Assembly (NCBI GenBank): GCA_046329115.1
Contig: JAXLVG010000010.1
Location: forward strand, 84,482-148,481
Direction: 5' to 3'
DNA length: 64,000 bases
Source of the DNA: Flavobacteriales bacterium
GTDB lineage: Bacteria; Bacteroidota; Bacteroidia; Flavobacteriales_F; PHOS-HE28
Positions 9,032-19,293 of this stretch are shown here, piece after piece; position 1 is the first letter of the stretch; each line of letters begins with the position of its first letter. The notes under the pieces are model-generated. The model saw only the letters and a list, made by a program, of their open reading frames with translations. It was not told the origin of the DNA and did not search any database. Position numbers and translations under genes: made by a program.

Positions 9032-10045
9032 ATGCCGAAGGTCACCATCGACAACATCGAGATCGAGGTCCCGGACGGGACCACGATCCTGCAGGCCGCC
9101 CGCATGATCGGCGAGCGCAACAAGGCCGACCGGCACGTGGTGCCCCCGGCCATGTGCTACTACAGCAAGCTGAAGACCAGCGGGGGCTACTGCCGCACCT
9201 GCATCGTGAAGGTGACCAAGGGCAGCGAGAAGGACCCGCGCCCCATGCCCAAGCCGGTGGCCAGCTGCCGCACGGCGGTGATGGACGGAATGGTGGTGGA
9301 GAACACCACCAACCCCGACCTGCTGGATGCCCGCAAGGGCGTGGTGGAGTTCCTGCTGATCAACCACCCGCTGGACTGCCCGATCTGCGACCAGGCCGGC
9401 GAGTGCCACCTGCAGGACCTGAGCTACGAGAACGGCAAGGAGAGCAGCCGCTACCAGTTCGAGCGCCGCACCTTCGACCCCATCGACATCGGTGAGACGA
9501 TCAAGCTGCACATGACGCGGTGCATCCTCTGCTACCGCTGCGTGAAGGTGGCCGAGCAGATCACGGACGGGCGCGTGCACGGCGTGATCAACCGCGGCGA
9601 TGTGGCGGAGATCAGCACCTACATCGAGAACGCGATCGCGAACGACTTCAGCGGCAACATGATCGACGTGTGCCCCGTGGGCGCGCTCACCGACCGCACC
9701 TTCCGCTTCGCCAGCCGCGTGTGGTTCACCAACCCGCAGGACGCCCACCGGAACTGCGAGAACCCCAAGTGCAGCGGCAAGGCCGTGGTGTGGCTGAAGG
9801 GCAACGAGATCCTCCGCGTCACCGGCCGCAAGGACCAGTGGGGCGAGGTGGAGGAGTTCATCTGCAACACCTGCCGCTTCGAGAAGAAGAAGCTGAGCGA
9901 CTGGACCATCGAGGGCCCGCGGAAGATCGACCGCCACAGCGTGATCGGCCAGGGCCACTACGAGCGCAGGAACCAGCAGAAGCTGCTGAGCTCGGCCGCG
10001 CCGCAGGCACCGGACATCGAACCGTTCGACTTCACCAAGCGCTGA
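9032..10045 (+). CDS. nuoG: NADH-quinone oxidoreductase subunit G (short Bacteroidota-type, 2Fe-2S/4Fe-4S N-terminal module)
   Basis: ORF 8966..10045. Start [23 protein letters not shown] at 9032. Cys clusters CRTC...C and [14 protein letters not shown]. ~337 aa. Confidence 0.85.
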   Translation: MPKVTIDNIEIEVPDGTTILQAARMIGERNKADRHVVPPAMCYYSKLKTSGGYCRTCIVKVTKGSEKDPRPMPKPVASCRTAVMDGMVVENTTNPDLLDARKGVVEFLLINHPLDCPICDQAGECHLQDLSYENGKESSRYQFERRTFDPIDIGETIKLHMTRCILCYRCVKVAEQITDGRVHGVINRGDVAEISTYIENAIANDFSGNMIDVCPVGALTDRTFRFASRVWFTNPQDAHRNCENPKCSGKAVVWLKGNEILRVTGRKDQWGEVEEFICNTCRFEKKKLSDWTIEGPRKIDRHSVIGQGHYERRNQQKLLSSAAPQAPDIEPFDFTKR

Positions 10046-11070
10046 TGCTCACCACGCTCATCTTCCTTGCCGTGCTCCTGCTCATCACGCTGGGGGTGGC
10101 GGCGTACGAGACCTACGGGGAGCGCAAGGTGGCGGCCTTCATGCAGGACCGCATCGGTCCGGACCGCGCGGGGCCCTTCGGGTTGCTGCAGCCGATCGCC
10201 GATGGCACCAAGATGTTCATGAAGGAGGATTTCGTGCCGGCGAACGCCATCCGCTGGCTCTACTTCCTCGGCCCGGCCATCGCCATGAGCACCGCGCTGC
10301 TCACCGGGGTGGTGATCCCCTGGGGCGGCACCGTCACCGTGGGCGACTTCACCATGAACCTGCAGGCGGCGGACCCGGAGATCGGGATCCTCTACGTGTT
10401 CGCCATGGTGAGCATCGGCGTGTACGGCATCATGCTGGGCGGCTGGGCGAGCAACAACAAGTTCGCCCTGTACGGCGCCATCCGCGCCAGCAGCCAGATG
10501 ATCAGCTACGAACTGGCCATGGGCCTGAGCATCGTGGCGCTGGTGCTGCACACGGGCACCCTGAGCATGGGCGGCATCGTGGCCCAGCAGCTGGACGGGG
10601 TGTGGAACATCGTGTACCAGCCGTTCGGCTTCCTGCTCTTCATCACCTGCGCCTTCGCCGAGTGCAACCGCGCACCGTTCGACCTGCCGGAGTGCGAGAC
10701 GGAGCTGGTGGGCGGGTACCACACGGAGTTCAGCAGCATGAAGCTCGGCTTCTACCTCTTCGCCGAGTACGTGAACATGTTCATCAGCAGCGCGGTGATG
10801 AGCACGCTCTACTTCGGCGGCTACGACATCCCCTTCCTGGCGCAGACGGGCGACACCAGCGTGCTGACGGTGGCGCTGGGCACGCTGGCCCTGTTCCTGA
10901 AGATCGGCTTCTTCATCTTCCTCTTCATGTGGATCCGCTGGACGCTGCCGCGCTTCCGCTACGACCAACTGATGGACCTGGGCTGGCGCAAGCTGATCCC
11001 CCTGGCCATCCTGAACCTGCTGATCACCGGCCTCATCGCGCAGCGCCACGCGCTGCTGGCCCTCTTCTGA
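10045..11070 (+). CDS. nuoH: NADH-quinone oxidoreductase subunit H
   Basis: [39 protein letters not shown]... Its ATG overlaps the nuoG stop (TGATG). 341 aa, 8 TM helices. The track ORF 9520..11070 carries a spurious upstream extension. Confidence 0.92.
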   Translation: MLTTLIFLAVLLLITLGVAAYETYGERKVAAFMQDRIGPDRAGPFGLLQPIADGTKMFMKEDFVPANAIRWLYFLGPAIAMSTALLTGVVIPWGGTVTVGDFTMNLQAADPEIGILYVFAMVSIGVYGIMLGGWASNNKFALYGAIRASSQMISYELAMGLSIVALVLHTGTLSMGGIVAQQLDGVWNIVYQPFGFLLFITCAFAECNRAPFDLPECETELVGGYHTEFSSMKLGFYLFAEYVNMFISSAVMSTLYFGGYDIPFLAQTGDTSVLTVALGTLALFLKIGFFIFLFMWIRWTLPRFRYDQLMDLGWRKLIPLAILNLLITGLIAQRHALLALF

Positions 11071-11080
11071 CCGACGCGCC

Positions 11081-11668
11081 ATGGACAGCCCGATGCGATT
11101 GACGCAGCGCTCGCGCCAGGTGAGCAACAAGCAGATGACGCTCATGGAGCGCATCTACCTGCCGGCCATCCTGAAAGGGATGAGCATCACGCTCAAGCAC
11201 TTCTTCATCCCGAAGAAGGCCACCATCAAGTACCCGGAACAGGAGAAGCCGCGCAGCGGGGTGTACCGCGGCATGCACGTGCTGAAGCGGGACGAGCAGG
11301 GCCGGGAGCGTTGCACCGCCTGCGGGCTGTGCGCCGTGGCCTGTCCGGCCGAGGCCATCACCATGGTGGCCGCCGAACGGAAGAAGGGCGAGGAGAAGCT
11401 CTACCGCGAGGAGAAGTACGCCAGCGTCTACGAGATCAACATGCTGCGCTGCATCTTCTGCGGCGACTGCGAGGAGGCCTGCCCGAAGGAGGCCATCTTC
11501 CTGACGGACCGCCTGGTGCCCACGGACTACGAGCGGCGCCCCTTCGTGTACGGCAAGCAGTGGCTGGTGGAGCCGCTGGACCCCAGCCTGCGTGTGGACG
11601 TGAGCAAGCGGCAGACGCCCGAGGTGCTCAAGTTCAAGGAGCAGAAGCAGTACGCGCACAACCGCTGA
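11081..11668 (+). CDS. nuoI: NADH-quinone oxidoreductase subunit I (2x4Fe-4S ferredoxin)
   Basis: Two CxxCxxCxxxCP motifs (CTACGLCAVACP, CIFCGDCEEACP). The start could instead be the internal MTLMERIYLP at 11135. Confidence 0.9.
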   Translation: MDSPMRLTQRSRQVSNKQMTLMERIYLPAILKGMSITLKHFFIPKKATIKYPEQEKPRSGVYRGMHVLKRDEQGRERCTACGLCAVACPAEAITMVAAERKKGEEKLYREEKYASVYEINMLRCIFCGDCEEACPKEAIFLTDRLVPTDYERRPFVYGKQWLVEPLDPSLRVDVSKRQTPEVLKFKEQKQYAHNR

Positions 11669-11680
11669 GCGGGGCGCGGC

Positions 11681-12973
11681 TCAGTGCCAGAGCAACCAGA
11701 AGGCGGCCAGGCCGCCGAAATAGCCGATCGCGGCCGGTACGCTCATGCGCTTCAGGTACCACATGAAGTCGATACCCAGCACGCCCATGACGGCCACGCC
11801 TGCCGCGGAGCCGATGATGAGCATGCTGCCCCCCGTGCCGGCGCAATAGGCCAAAAGCTCCCAGAAGGCGTGATCGGGGGGAAAGGTCTGCAGGGAGTAC
11901 ATCCCCTGGGCCGCCGCCACCAAGGGCACGTTGTCCACCACGGCGCTCAGCACACCGATGGCGGCATTGATCACGTAGATGCTGCCGAGCGTATCGCTGA
12001 GCCAGGTGCTCAACAGGGTGAGGTGACCGGCCGTCTCCAGCCCCGCCACGGCGATCAGGATGCCCAGGAAGAAGAGGATGCCCGTGTGGTCCACCTTGCG
12101 CAGGATGGCGGTCACTTGGTACTGCCCGCGGTCCTCCATGCTGCGGGTGTGGATGAACTCGGTGTAGGCCCACAGTATCGCCAGGCCGAACATGATGCCC
12201 ATGAACGGCGGCAGGTGCGTTGCGGCCTTGAAGAGCGGAACGCCCAGCAGGGTGGCCAGGCCCAGGAAAAAGACGGTGTACTGTTCGCGTTTCGAGACCC
12301 GGGCCACGTTCGGGTCCTCCTGCACCTCCCGGCGGGTGATGTTCCCTTTCATGGAAAGGCCGATCCACAACAAGGGCAGCACCAGGCAGACCAGGCTGGG
12401 CACGATCAGCTTCAGGATGATGTTCCATGTGGTCACCTGGCCATCGATCCAGAGCATGATGGTGGTGACGTCCCCGATCGGGCTCCAGGCCCCCCCGGCA
12501 TTGGCCGCGATGATCACCACCCCGGCGTAGGTCCACAGGTCGTTGCGGTCGGCCACCAGCTTGCGGAGCAGCGCGGCCATCACGATGGCGGTGGTGAGGT
12601 TGTCCAGCATGGCCGAGAGGAAGAAGGTGAGCACCCCCACGAGCCAGAGCAGCACCCGGCGGTCGCGGGTGTTGATGCGGTCCGTGATCACCTGGAAGCC
12701 GGCGTGGGCGTCCATCAGCTCCACCACGGTCATGGCGCCCAGCAGGAAGAAGAGGATGCTGGCGATGCCGGAGAGGTGGTGGTACAGTTCATCCACCAGG
12801 TGTTCGGGCCCTCCGTGCCCTGCCGGAAAGAGCTGCGCATGGCCCAGCATGATGCAGGTCCACACCGCCATGCCGGTGAGGATGGCGGGGGCGGCCTTGT
12901 TCACCTTCAGCGGGTGCTCGAAGGCGATGGCGGCGTAGCCCAGAACGAAGAGGATGACGATCAGCGTGAACAT
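11681..12973 (-). CDS. nhaD: NhaD family Na+/H+ antiporter (ArsB/NhaD permease superfamily)
   Basis: ORF 11681..13057. Start MFTLIVILFVLGYAAIAFEHPLKVNKAAPAILTG at 12973. ~430 aa polytopic protein. It lies on the opposite strand between nuoI and nuoJ. Confidence 0.8.
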   Translation of the reverse strand: MFTLIVILFVLGYAAIAFEHPLKVNKAAPAILTGMAVWTCIMLGHAQLFPAGHGGPEHLVDELYHHLSGIASILFFLLGAMTVVELMDAHAGFQVITDRINTRDRRVLLWLVGVLTFFLSAMLDNLTTAIVMAALLRKLVADRNDLWTYAGVVIIAANAGGAWSPIGDVTTIMLWIDGQVTTWNIILKLIVPSLVCLVLPLLWIGLSMKGNITRREVQEDPNVARVSKREQYTVFFLGLATLLGVPLFKAATHLPPFMGIMFGLAILWAYTEFIHTRSMEDRGQYQVTAILRKVDHTGILFFLGILIAVAGLETAGHLTLLSTWLSDTLGSIYVINAAIGVLSAVVDNVPLVAAAQGMYSLQTFPPDHAFWELLAYCAGTGGSMLIIGSAAGVAVMGVLGIDFMWYLKRMSVPAAIGYFGGLAAFWLLWH

Positions 12974-13082
12974 GGTCGCGGAACTTGGCAGGTCCAAGGA
13001 TAGGGAACAGCGCGGCGCATGTGGTGTTGTTTCCGGGCAGCGGGCTACATTCGCCACCGTTCCGAAAAGGCCCTTCCGGGGG

Positions 13083-13595
13083 ATGCAATACCTCTTCTAC
13101 ATCTTCGCGGCGATATCGGTGCTGAGCGCCCTGGTGGTGGTGGCCGCGCGCAGCCCCGTCAACAGCGTGATCGCGCTGATCGTGTGCTTCCTCAGCATCG
13201 CCGGCCACTACATCCTGCTGAACGCCCAGTTCCTGGCGGCCGTGCAGGTGATCGTGTACACCGGGGCCATCATGGTCCTCTTCCTCTTCGTGATCATGCT
13301 GCTGAACCTGAACAAGGCCACGGAGACGCACAAGACGCTGGGCGCGCGCATCGCTGCGGTGGCCGCAGGGGGGCTCTTCCTGCTCACGCTGCTCGGGGCC
13401 GTGCGCCATGGCCTGTCCATCGCACCGCCGGCCGGGGGCTACAACCTGTCCGTGGGCTTGGTGAAGAGCGTGGGGCAGAGCCTGTTCGGTCCCTTCCTGC
13501 TCCCCTTTGAGGTGAGCAGCGTGCTCTTCCTCAGCGCCATGATCGGTGCGGTGATGCTCGGCCGCAAGGACAAAAACCCCGCACCCCAGGCATGA
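13083..13595 (+). CDS. nuoJ: NADH-quinone oxidoreductase subunit J
   Basis: ORF 12954..13595. Start MQYLFYIFAAISVLSALVVVAARSPVNSVIALI at 13083. 170 aa. Confidence 0.85.
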   Translation: MQYLFYIFAAISVLSALVVVAARSPVNSVIALIVCFLSIAGHYILLNAQFLAAVQVIVYTGAIMVLFLFVIMLLNLNKATETHKTLGARIAAVAAGGLFLLTLLGAVRHGLSIAPPAGGYNLSVGLVKSVGQSLFGPFLLPFEVSSVLFLSAMIGAVMLGRKDKNPAPQA

Positions 13596-13921
13596 ACGGC
13601 GTGGTGAGCGCGATCCAGGCGGTACCCCTGCAGCACTATGTGGTGCTCAGCTTCATCCTGTTCAGCATCGGGCTGGCGGGCGTGCTGTTCCGCCGCAACA
13701 CCATCATCATCCTGATGTGCCTGGAGATGATGTTCAACAGTGTGAACCTGCTCCTCACCGCCTTCAGCGCGCACCATGGTGATGCGGGCGGCCAGGTGTT
13801 CGTGTTCTTCATCATGCTGGTGGCCGCGGCGGAAGTGACCGTGGGCCTGGCCATCCTGGTGACCATGAAGCGCAACGTGGACAGCGTGGACATCAACCAA
13901 CTGAACCGGCTGAAATGGTGA
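13592..13921 (+). CDS. nuoK: NADH-quinone oxidoreductase subunit K
   Basis: 109 aa, VPLQHYVVLSFILFSIGLAGVLFRRN...CLEMMFNSVNLLL. 4-bp overlap with nuoJ. Confidence 0.9.
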   Translation: MNGVVSAIQAVPLQHYVVLSFILFSIGLAGVLFRRNTIIILMCLEMMFNSVNLLLTAFSAHHGDAGGQVFVFFIMLVAAAEVTVGLAILVTMKRNVDSVDINQLNRLKW

Positions 13922-15801
13922 CCACCGACCTGCTCACAGCGCTGGTGCCCGGGCTGCCCCTACTGGGCGCGGTGGTGATCGCCGTGCTGCGCCGCAAGCT
14001 CTCCGGCAACAGCGCGGGCATGCTGGCCACGGCCATGATCGCCGGGGCCTTCGTCTGCGCGCTCACCCTCTTCCTGGGCTTCGATGCGCAGGCCGGTGCG
14101 CGCACGGTGGAGCTCTTCCGCTGGATCGACATCGGGCCCATGCACGTGCCCTTCGCCTTCCGGATCGACGCCCTCTCCCTGACGATGATGCTCATCGTCA
14201 CCGGCATCGGCTCGCTCATCCACCTCTACTCCATCGGGTACATGCACGATGATGCGCGGGTGGCCACCTTCTTCGCGCAGCTCAACCTCTTCACCTTCGC
14301 CATGCTGCTGCTGGTGATGGGGGCCAACTTCGTGATGACCTTCATCGGCTGGGAGGGGGTGGGCCTCTGCAGCTACCTGCTGATCGGCTTCTGGTACACG
14401 AACCCGGCCTACAACTATGCGGCCCGCAAGGCCTTCGTGATGAACCGCATCGGCGACCTGGGCTTCGTGCTCGGGCTGGCCTGGCTCTTCGCCTCCACCG
14501 GCACGTTGGACTATGCGGAAGTGTTCGGCAAGGCCGGTGCCCTGTCCACCCCGGCGATCACTGGCATCACCCTGCTGCTCTTCGTGGGCGCCATGGGCAA
14601 GAGCGCCCAGCTGCCGCTGTTCACCTGGCTTCCGGACGCCATGGCCGGCCCCACACCGGTGAGCGCGCTGATCCACGCGGCCACGATGGTCACGGCCGGC
14701 ATCTTCCTGCTGGTGCGCAGCAGCGCCCTCTTCATGCTGGCGCCGTTCACGCAGGACGTGGTGCTGTGGGTGGGCTTGATCACCTCCCTGCTCACCGCCA
14801 GCATCGGCGTGTTCCAGAACGACATCAAGAAGGTGCTCGCCTACTCCACGGTGAGCCAGCTCGGCCTGATGTTCGTGGCGCTGGGCGTGGGGGCGTACAG
14901 CGCGGCCATGTTCCACGTCACCACCCACGCCTTCTTCAAGGCCCTGCTCTTCCTGGGCGCCGGCAGCGTGATCCACGCGCTGGGCGGCGAGCAGGACATC
15001 CGGAAGATGGGCGGTTTGAAGGGCGTTACCAAGGTGACGTACGTGACCTTCCTCATCGGCACGCTGGCCATCGCCGGCATCCCGGGCTTCAGCGGCTTCT
15101 TCAGCAAGGACGCCATCCTGATGGCCGCCTACCAGGAGCACCCATTGCTGTACGCGGCCACGCTGGGCGTGAGCCTGCTCACCTGCTTCTACATGTTCCG
15201 CCTGCTGTTCCTCACCTTCTTCGGCAGCTACCGTGGCAAGGCCCATGCGCACGAGAGCCCGGCGGTGATGACCGTGCCGCTGATGGTGCTCGCGGTGCTG
15301 AGCGTGGTGGGCGGCGCGCTCAACCTGCCGCACCTGGTGGGCGGGCACGAAACGATGAAGCACTTCCTGGCAACGGCCTCGGACGGGGTGAACGCCGAGC
15401 ACATGCACTTGGATGCCACCACGGAATGGACGCTCATGGGCATCACCGTGGCGCTGATCGCGGTGGTGATCGTGCTGGCGTGGAACCGCTTCGGCAAGCG
15501 CGCCACGCTGGATGCCGAGCCCGAACAGCTGCCCCTGCTCCAGCGCCTCATCGCGCGCAAGTGGCTGCTGGACGAGCTGTACGCCTACCTCTTCGAGCGC
15601 CCCTACACCTGGCTGAGCGACCACTTCTCCAGCATCGGCGAACGCACCCTGATGGGTCCGATGGTGGCCGGAGCGGGCCGGGGCACGCAACAGCTGGGCG
15701 ACCTTCTGCGGCGCGTGCAGACCGGCAACATGAGCGTTTACCTGTTCGGCATGGTGGTGGGCATCATCGTGCTGCTGGCATGGACCCTTTCCAACGTGTG
15801 A
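13915..15801 (+). CDS. nuoL: NADH-quinone oxidoreductase subunit L
   Basis: 628 aa antiporter-like subunit (WEGVGLCSYLLIGFWY...). Start overlaps the nuoK stop. Confidence 0.92.
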   Translation: MVTTDLLTALVPGLPLLGAVVIAVLRRKLSGNSAGMLATAMIAGAFVCALTLFLGFDAQAGARTVELFRWIDIGPMHVPFAFRIDALSLTMMLIVTGIGSLIHLYSIGYMHDDARVATFFAQLNLFTFAMLLLVMGANFVMTFIGWEGVGLCSYLLIGFWYTNPAYNYAARKAFVMNRIGDLGFVLGLAWLFASTGTLDYAEVFGKAGALSTPAITGITLLLFVGAMGKSAQLPLFTWLPDAMAGPTPVSALIHAATMVTAGIFLLVRSSALFMLAPFTQDVVLWVGLITSLLTASIGVFQNDIKKVLAYSTVSQLGLMFVALGVGAYSAAMFHVTTHAFFKALLFLGAGSVIHALGGEQDIRKMGGLKGVTKVTYVTFLIGTLAIAGIPGFSGFFSKDAILMAAYQEHPLLYAATLGVSLLTCFYMFRLLFLTFFGSYRGKAHAHESPAVMTVPLMVLAVLSVVGGALNLPHLVGGHETMKHFLATASDGVNAEHMHLDATTEWTLMGITVALIAVVIVLAWNRFGKRATLDAEPEQLPLLQRLIARKWLLDELYAYLFERPYTWLSDHFSSIGERTLMGPMVAGAGRGTQQLGDLLRRVQTGNMSVYLFGMVVGIIVLLAWTLSNV

Positions 15802-15802
15802 G

Positions 15803-17275
15803 ATGATCCTCGCTGCGCTGATCGCCATCCCCTTCCTCGCCGGCCTGGTGCTGCTGGTGGCCCGCCCGCATGCGCAGGCCCGCCCCATCGCGCTGGTGGC
15901 CGCGCTCACCTGCACGGTGGTGGTGCTGGCACAGGCCTTCCGCTATGGCGGTGGCGAGCTCACCTTCCTGGAGCACGACTGGGTGCCGGATTGGGGGCTG
16001 CGCCTGAAGCTCGGGTACGATGGCATCGGCCTGCTGATGCTGGTGCTCACGGCCGTCATCTTCCCCTTCATCATCGGCGCCGGCGCGAAGGAGGACCAAA
16101 AGGATCCGGCCGTGGCCAACGGGCTGCTGCTGCTCACCCAGAGCTTCCTCTTCGGCGTGTTCAGCGCGCAGAACGCCTTCCTCTTCTACATCTTCTACGA
16201 GCTCAGCCTGGTGCCGCTGTTCTTTTACCTGCTCTTCTGGTCCGCCCCGGTGGACCCGGCCACGGGCAAGGCGGTGGACGTGCGCGGCACCACGATGCGC
16301 TTCTTCATCTACACCCTGCTCGGGGGCCTGGCGCTGCTCTTCGGCATCGCCTATTGCGTGGTGCAGGAGCCCACCCACAGCGCCGACTTCAGCGCGCTGC
16401 ACGCACTTCAGCTGCCGGGCGATACGCAGGCCTGGTTGTTCTGGGCGTTGTTCCTGGCCTTCGCGGTGAAGCTGCCCATCTTCCCCTTCCACGGCTGGCA
16501 GCCGGACACCTACACCATGGCTCCCTTGCAGGGCACCATGACGCTGGGCGGCGTACTGCTGAAGATGGGTCTCTTCGGCGTGCTGCGCTTCGTGTTCCCC
16601 ATCGTTCCGCAGGGCACGGACCAGTGGAGCAGCACCGTGATCTGGCTGAGCATCATCGGCGCCATCTACGCCGGGTGGATCGCCTTCCGCCAGACGGACC
16701 TGAAGCGGCTGGTCGCCTACTCCTCGCTGAGCCACGTGGGCATCCTGTGCGCCGGGCTCTTCGCACGCAACACCTATGGCATTTCCGGCTCGCTCTACCA
16801 AGCCTTCGCGCACGCCGTGCTGGTGGTGAGCATGCTGTACATGGTGGGCGCCGTGCAGCGCCGCACCGGCACCACGGACCTGGGTGTCATGGGCGGACTG
16901 AAGCTGCGTTCGCCCAAGTTGGCCGCGCTCTTCTTCCTGATCATGATCAACGCCGTGGCGCTGCCGCTCACGCAGAGCTTCGTGGGCGAGTGGCTCATGT
17001 TCAACGGCCTGTGGCAGACGGACGGCGGGCGCTGGATGGCGGCTGCGGCCGTGGTCACCATCATCCTGGGCGCGGTGTACATGCTGTACGCCTACCAGCG
17101 CGTGATGCTCGGTCCGGAGAACACGCGTCTGGCGAACGTGGCCGATGCCGACCAGGCCGACCACCTGTTCCTGGTCCCGCTCATCGCCATCACCTTGGTG
17201 CTGGGCTTCCACCCCGCCCCGGTGCTGGACCTGGTGGAGGGCTCCGTGCAAACCCTGCTGAACAGCCTGAACTGA
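15803..17275 (+). CDS. nuoM: NADH-quinone oxidoreductase subunit M
   Basis: 490 aa antiporter-like subunit, immediately after nuoL. Confidence 0.92.
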   Translation: MILAALIAIPFLAGLVLLVARPHAQARPIALVAALTCTVVVLAQAFRYGGGELTFLEHDWVPDWGLRLKLGYDGIGLLMLVLTAVIFPFIIGAGAKEDQKDPAVANGLLLLTQSFLFGVFSAQNAFLFYIFYELSLVPLFFYLLFWSAPVDPATGKAVDVRGTTMRFFIYTLLGGLALLFGIAYCVVQEPTHSADFSALHALQLPGDTQAWLFWALFLAFAVKLPIFPFHGWQPDTYTMAPLQGTMTLGGVLLKMGLFGVLRFVFPIVPQGTDQWSSTVIWLSIIGAIYAGWIAFRQTDLKRLVAYSSLSHVGILCAGLFARNTYGISGSLYQAFAHAVLVVSMLYMVGAVQRRTGTTDLGVMGGLKLRSPKLAALFFLIMINAVALPLTQSFVGEWLMFNGLWQTDGGRWMAAAAVVTIILGAVYMLYAYQRVMLGPENTRLANVADADQADHLFLVPLIAITLVLGFHPAPVLDLVEGSVQTLLNSLN

Positions 17276-17276
17276 T

Positions 17277-18638
17277 ATGAGCGCGCTGATCCTCACCTCC
17301 GTGCTGGGCGTGCTGGTCCTGTACCTCGGGCTCTTCGGTCGCAAGGAGTGGCTGGCCCCCGTGGGCGTGCTGGGCCTGCTGGGCGCCATCGCCCTGCTCG
17401 CCTTCGACGGTCGTTGGACGGACCTGGCCCAATTCCACCACATGATCCGCTTCGATGGGCCGGCCGTGCTCTTCGGCATGGGGCTGCTGGCCCTCACGGC
17501 GCTCATCTTCCTCTTCGGCGTGGACTACTACGCGCGCGAGACCGAGAACGTGGCTGAGCAGTACGCGTTGATGATCTTCAGCGTGACGGGCGCACTGGTG
17601 CTGGTGAGCTACACCAACCTGCTGATGCTCTTCCTCGGCATCGAGGTGCTGAGCATCCCGCTCTACATCCTGGCCGGCGCGAAGAAGCGCAGCTACCGCA
17701 GCGGGGAGGCCAGCTTCAAGTACTTCCTGCTGGGCTCCTTCGCCAGCGCCTTCATCCTCATGGGCATCGCGCTCATGTACGGCGTGTGCGGCTCCTTTGA
17801 GCTGGAGAAGATCGCCGCCGTGGTGGCACAGGGCACCGAGCCCGCGCTGCTGCTGATGGGCGGCTTCTTCGTGCTGATCGGCCTCACATTCAAGGTGGCC
17901 GCCGTGCCCTTCCATTTCTGGAGCCCCGATGTGTACGAGGGTGCGCCCACCCTGGTCACGACCTTCATGGCCACGGTGGTGAAGATGGCGGCCTTCGCCG
18001 CGCTGTTGCGGCTGGTGCTGCTGGGCGGTCTGCCCGCCGACCTCGGCTACGCTCTGCTGGGCATCACGGCCATCACCCTGCTGGTGGGCAACCTGATCGC
18101 GGTGGTGCAGGAGCGTTTCAAGCGCCTGATGGCCTACAGCAGCGTCGCGCACAGCGGCTTCCTGCTGATGGCCGTGCTGAGCGGTGGCGCGGAGGTGCCG
18201 CAGGCGCTGTTCTACTACACCTTCACCTACGGCCTGGCCACGCTCGGGCTCTTCATGCTCATGACCATCGCCAAGCGCGCGGCCAATGGGGATGAGCACC
18301 TCAGCATCTTCCGTGGCCTCTTCCGCAGCAACGCATGGCTGGGCGTGGTGGCGCTGCTGCTGCTGCTGTCGCTGGCGGGCATCCCGCTCACGGCAGGTTT
18401 CATGGCCAAGTTCAAGGTGTTCCAGCTCGCGCTGACCGCCGGCCACGTGAAGCTCACGGTGCTGGCCGTGGCCATGGCGCTGGTAGGCATCTACTACTAC
18501 GCCGTGGTGATCCGCGAGGCCTTCTCGCCCGCGGAGCAGGCCCCTGCATTGGTGGTGTCGCCCCTCAACCTGCTGGTGATCTCCCTGTGCGGGATCGCGG
18601 TGGTGGTGCTGGGTGTGATGCCGGGGTTGGTGATGTAG
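17277..18638 (+). CDS. nuoN: NADH-quinone oxidoreductase subunit N
   Basis: 453 aa antiporter-like subunit. Its last ~130 bp is duplicated, diverged, at 19294..19425. Confidence 0.9.
   Translation: MSALILTSVLGVLVLYLGLFGRKEWLAPVGVLGLLGAIALLAFDGRWTDLAQFHHMIRFDGPAVLFGMGLLALTALIFLFGVDYYARETENVAEQYALMIFSVTGALVLVSYTNLLMLFLGIEVLSIPLYILAGAKKRSYRSGEASFKYFLLGSFASAFILMGIALMYGVCGSFELEKIAAVVAQGTEPALLLMGGFFVLIGLTFKVAAVPFHFWSPDVYEGAPTLVTTFMATVVKMAAFAALLRLVLLGGLPADLGYALLGITAITLLVGNLIAVVQERFKRLMAYSSVAHSGFLLMAVLSGGAEVPQALFYYTFTYGLATLGLFMLMTIAKRAANGDEHLSIFRGLFRSNAWLGVVALLLLLSLAGIPLTAGFMAKFKVFQLALTAGHVKLTVLAVAMALVGIYYYAVVIREAFSPAEQAPALVVSPLNLLVISLCGIAVVVLGVMPGLVM
18507..18638. repeat. direct repeat copy A = native 3' end of nuoN
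   Basis: 132 bp ending at the nuoN stop. A diverged copy (~76% nt identity, with an identical 27-bp core tcgcccctcaacctgctggtgatctcc) lies at 19294..19425. Confidence 0.8.
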
Positions 18639-19293
18639 GGCTCCACCTCCGCGCTTCCGGCGGTAAGCGATGGCCTTGCGTTCGTGTTATGGCCGGTGAT
18701 CTTGAGCTGAGGCCAGGGTATCCCGTCGCCGCCCGGCTATCTTTGAATGAACACACGGCCCCATGGGAAAGCTCGCCGAAAAGAAGGTCGCTCTGGCGGC
18801 CCAGATCCTTCGATCCGATGATGAAGGCCTGCTTCGTTCCGTGGACGAGCTGCTGAATGGCCGATCATTCCGGCTCTCTTCAGAGGAACTGAAGGACTTG
18901 GAACGCATGCGCAAGCGCTACTTGGCTGGCGACGGCAAGTCGAGCCCGTGGCCTGAGGTGGAGAAACGTCTGCGCAAGAAGCTGCGCGGATGAGCTGGCG
19001 GCTGGAGGTCCATGAAGTGGCCGAAAGCGACATCGCCTCGGCCGCTAGTTGGTACGCTCAGCAACAACCTGGCTTGGAGTCCCGGTTCATCCAAGAGGTG
19101 AAGGCCTGTTGCGCGTTCATCCTGAAGAATCCCCACGGACCAGCAAGGCAGGTGGGCCCTACCGGCAGTTCCGCCTGGAGACCTTCCCCTTCCATGTGAT
19201 CTACCTCATCATGGATGATCTCGTGCTGGTCATGCGGGTCTATCACATGAGCCGTGACCAGCGCCGCAAACTTCCGCGAGGGAGAAGGCCGCG
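18639..19293. mobile_element. integrase-less toxin-antitoxin cassette (addiction-module antitoxin plus frameshifted ParE) bounded by nuoN 3'-end duplications
   Basis: A 655-bp segment between the two nuoN-end copies, an attL/attR-like arrangement. Confidence 0.35.
18763..18993 (+). CDS. putative addiction-module antitoxin component (RelE/ParE-partner family)
   Basis: 76 aa. LSSEELKDLERMRKRYLAGDGKSSPWPEVEKRL resembles the 'putative addiction module component' antitoxins. Its stop overlaps the start of a ParE-like gene (ATGA). Confidence 0.6.
   Translation: MGKLAEKKVALAAQILRSDDEGLLRSVDELLNGRSFRLSSEELKDLERMRKRYLAGDGKSSPWPEVEKRLRKKLRG

Noticed and set aside
6506-9958. 1150-aa ORF on the minus strand
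   Set aside because: Only the C-terminal 396 aa (6506..7696) are phosphoglycerate kinase. The remaining ~750 codons are antisense to holB/nuoG, lack any recognisable domain, and are the kind of stop-free reading frame expected at 68% GC.
9958-18446. Several 400-650-aa ORFs antisense to nuoH-nuoN (9958..11154, 13960..15915, 15764..17506, 17190..18446)
   Set aside because: Each lies opposite a textbook complex I membrane subunit, has extreme Arg/Gly/His/Ala composition and no transmembrane or domain logic. These are high-GC antisense artefacts.
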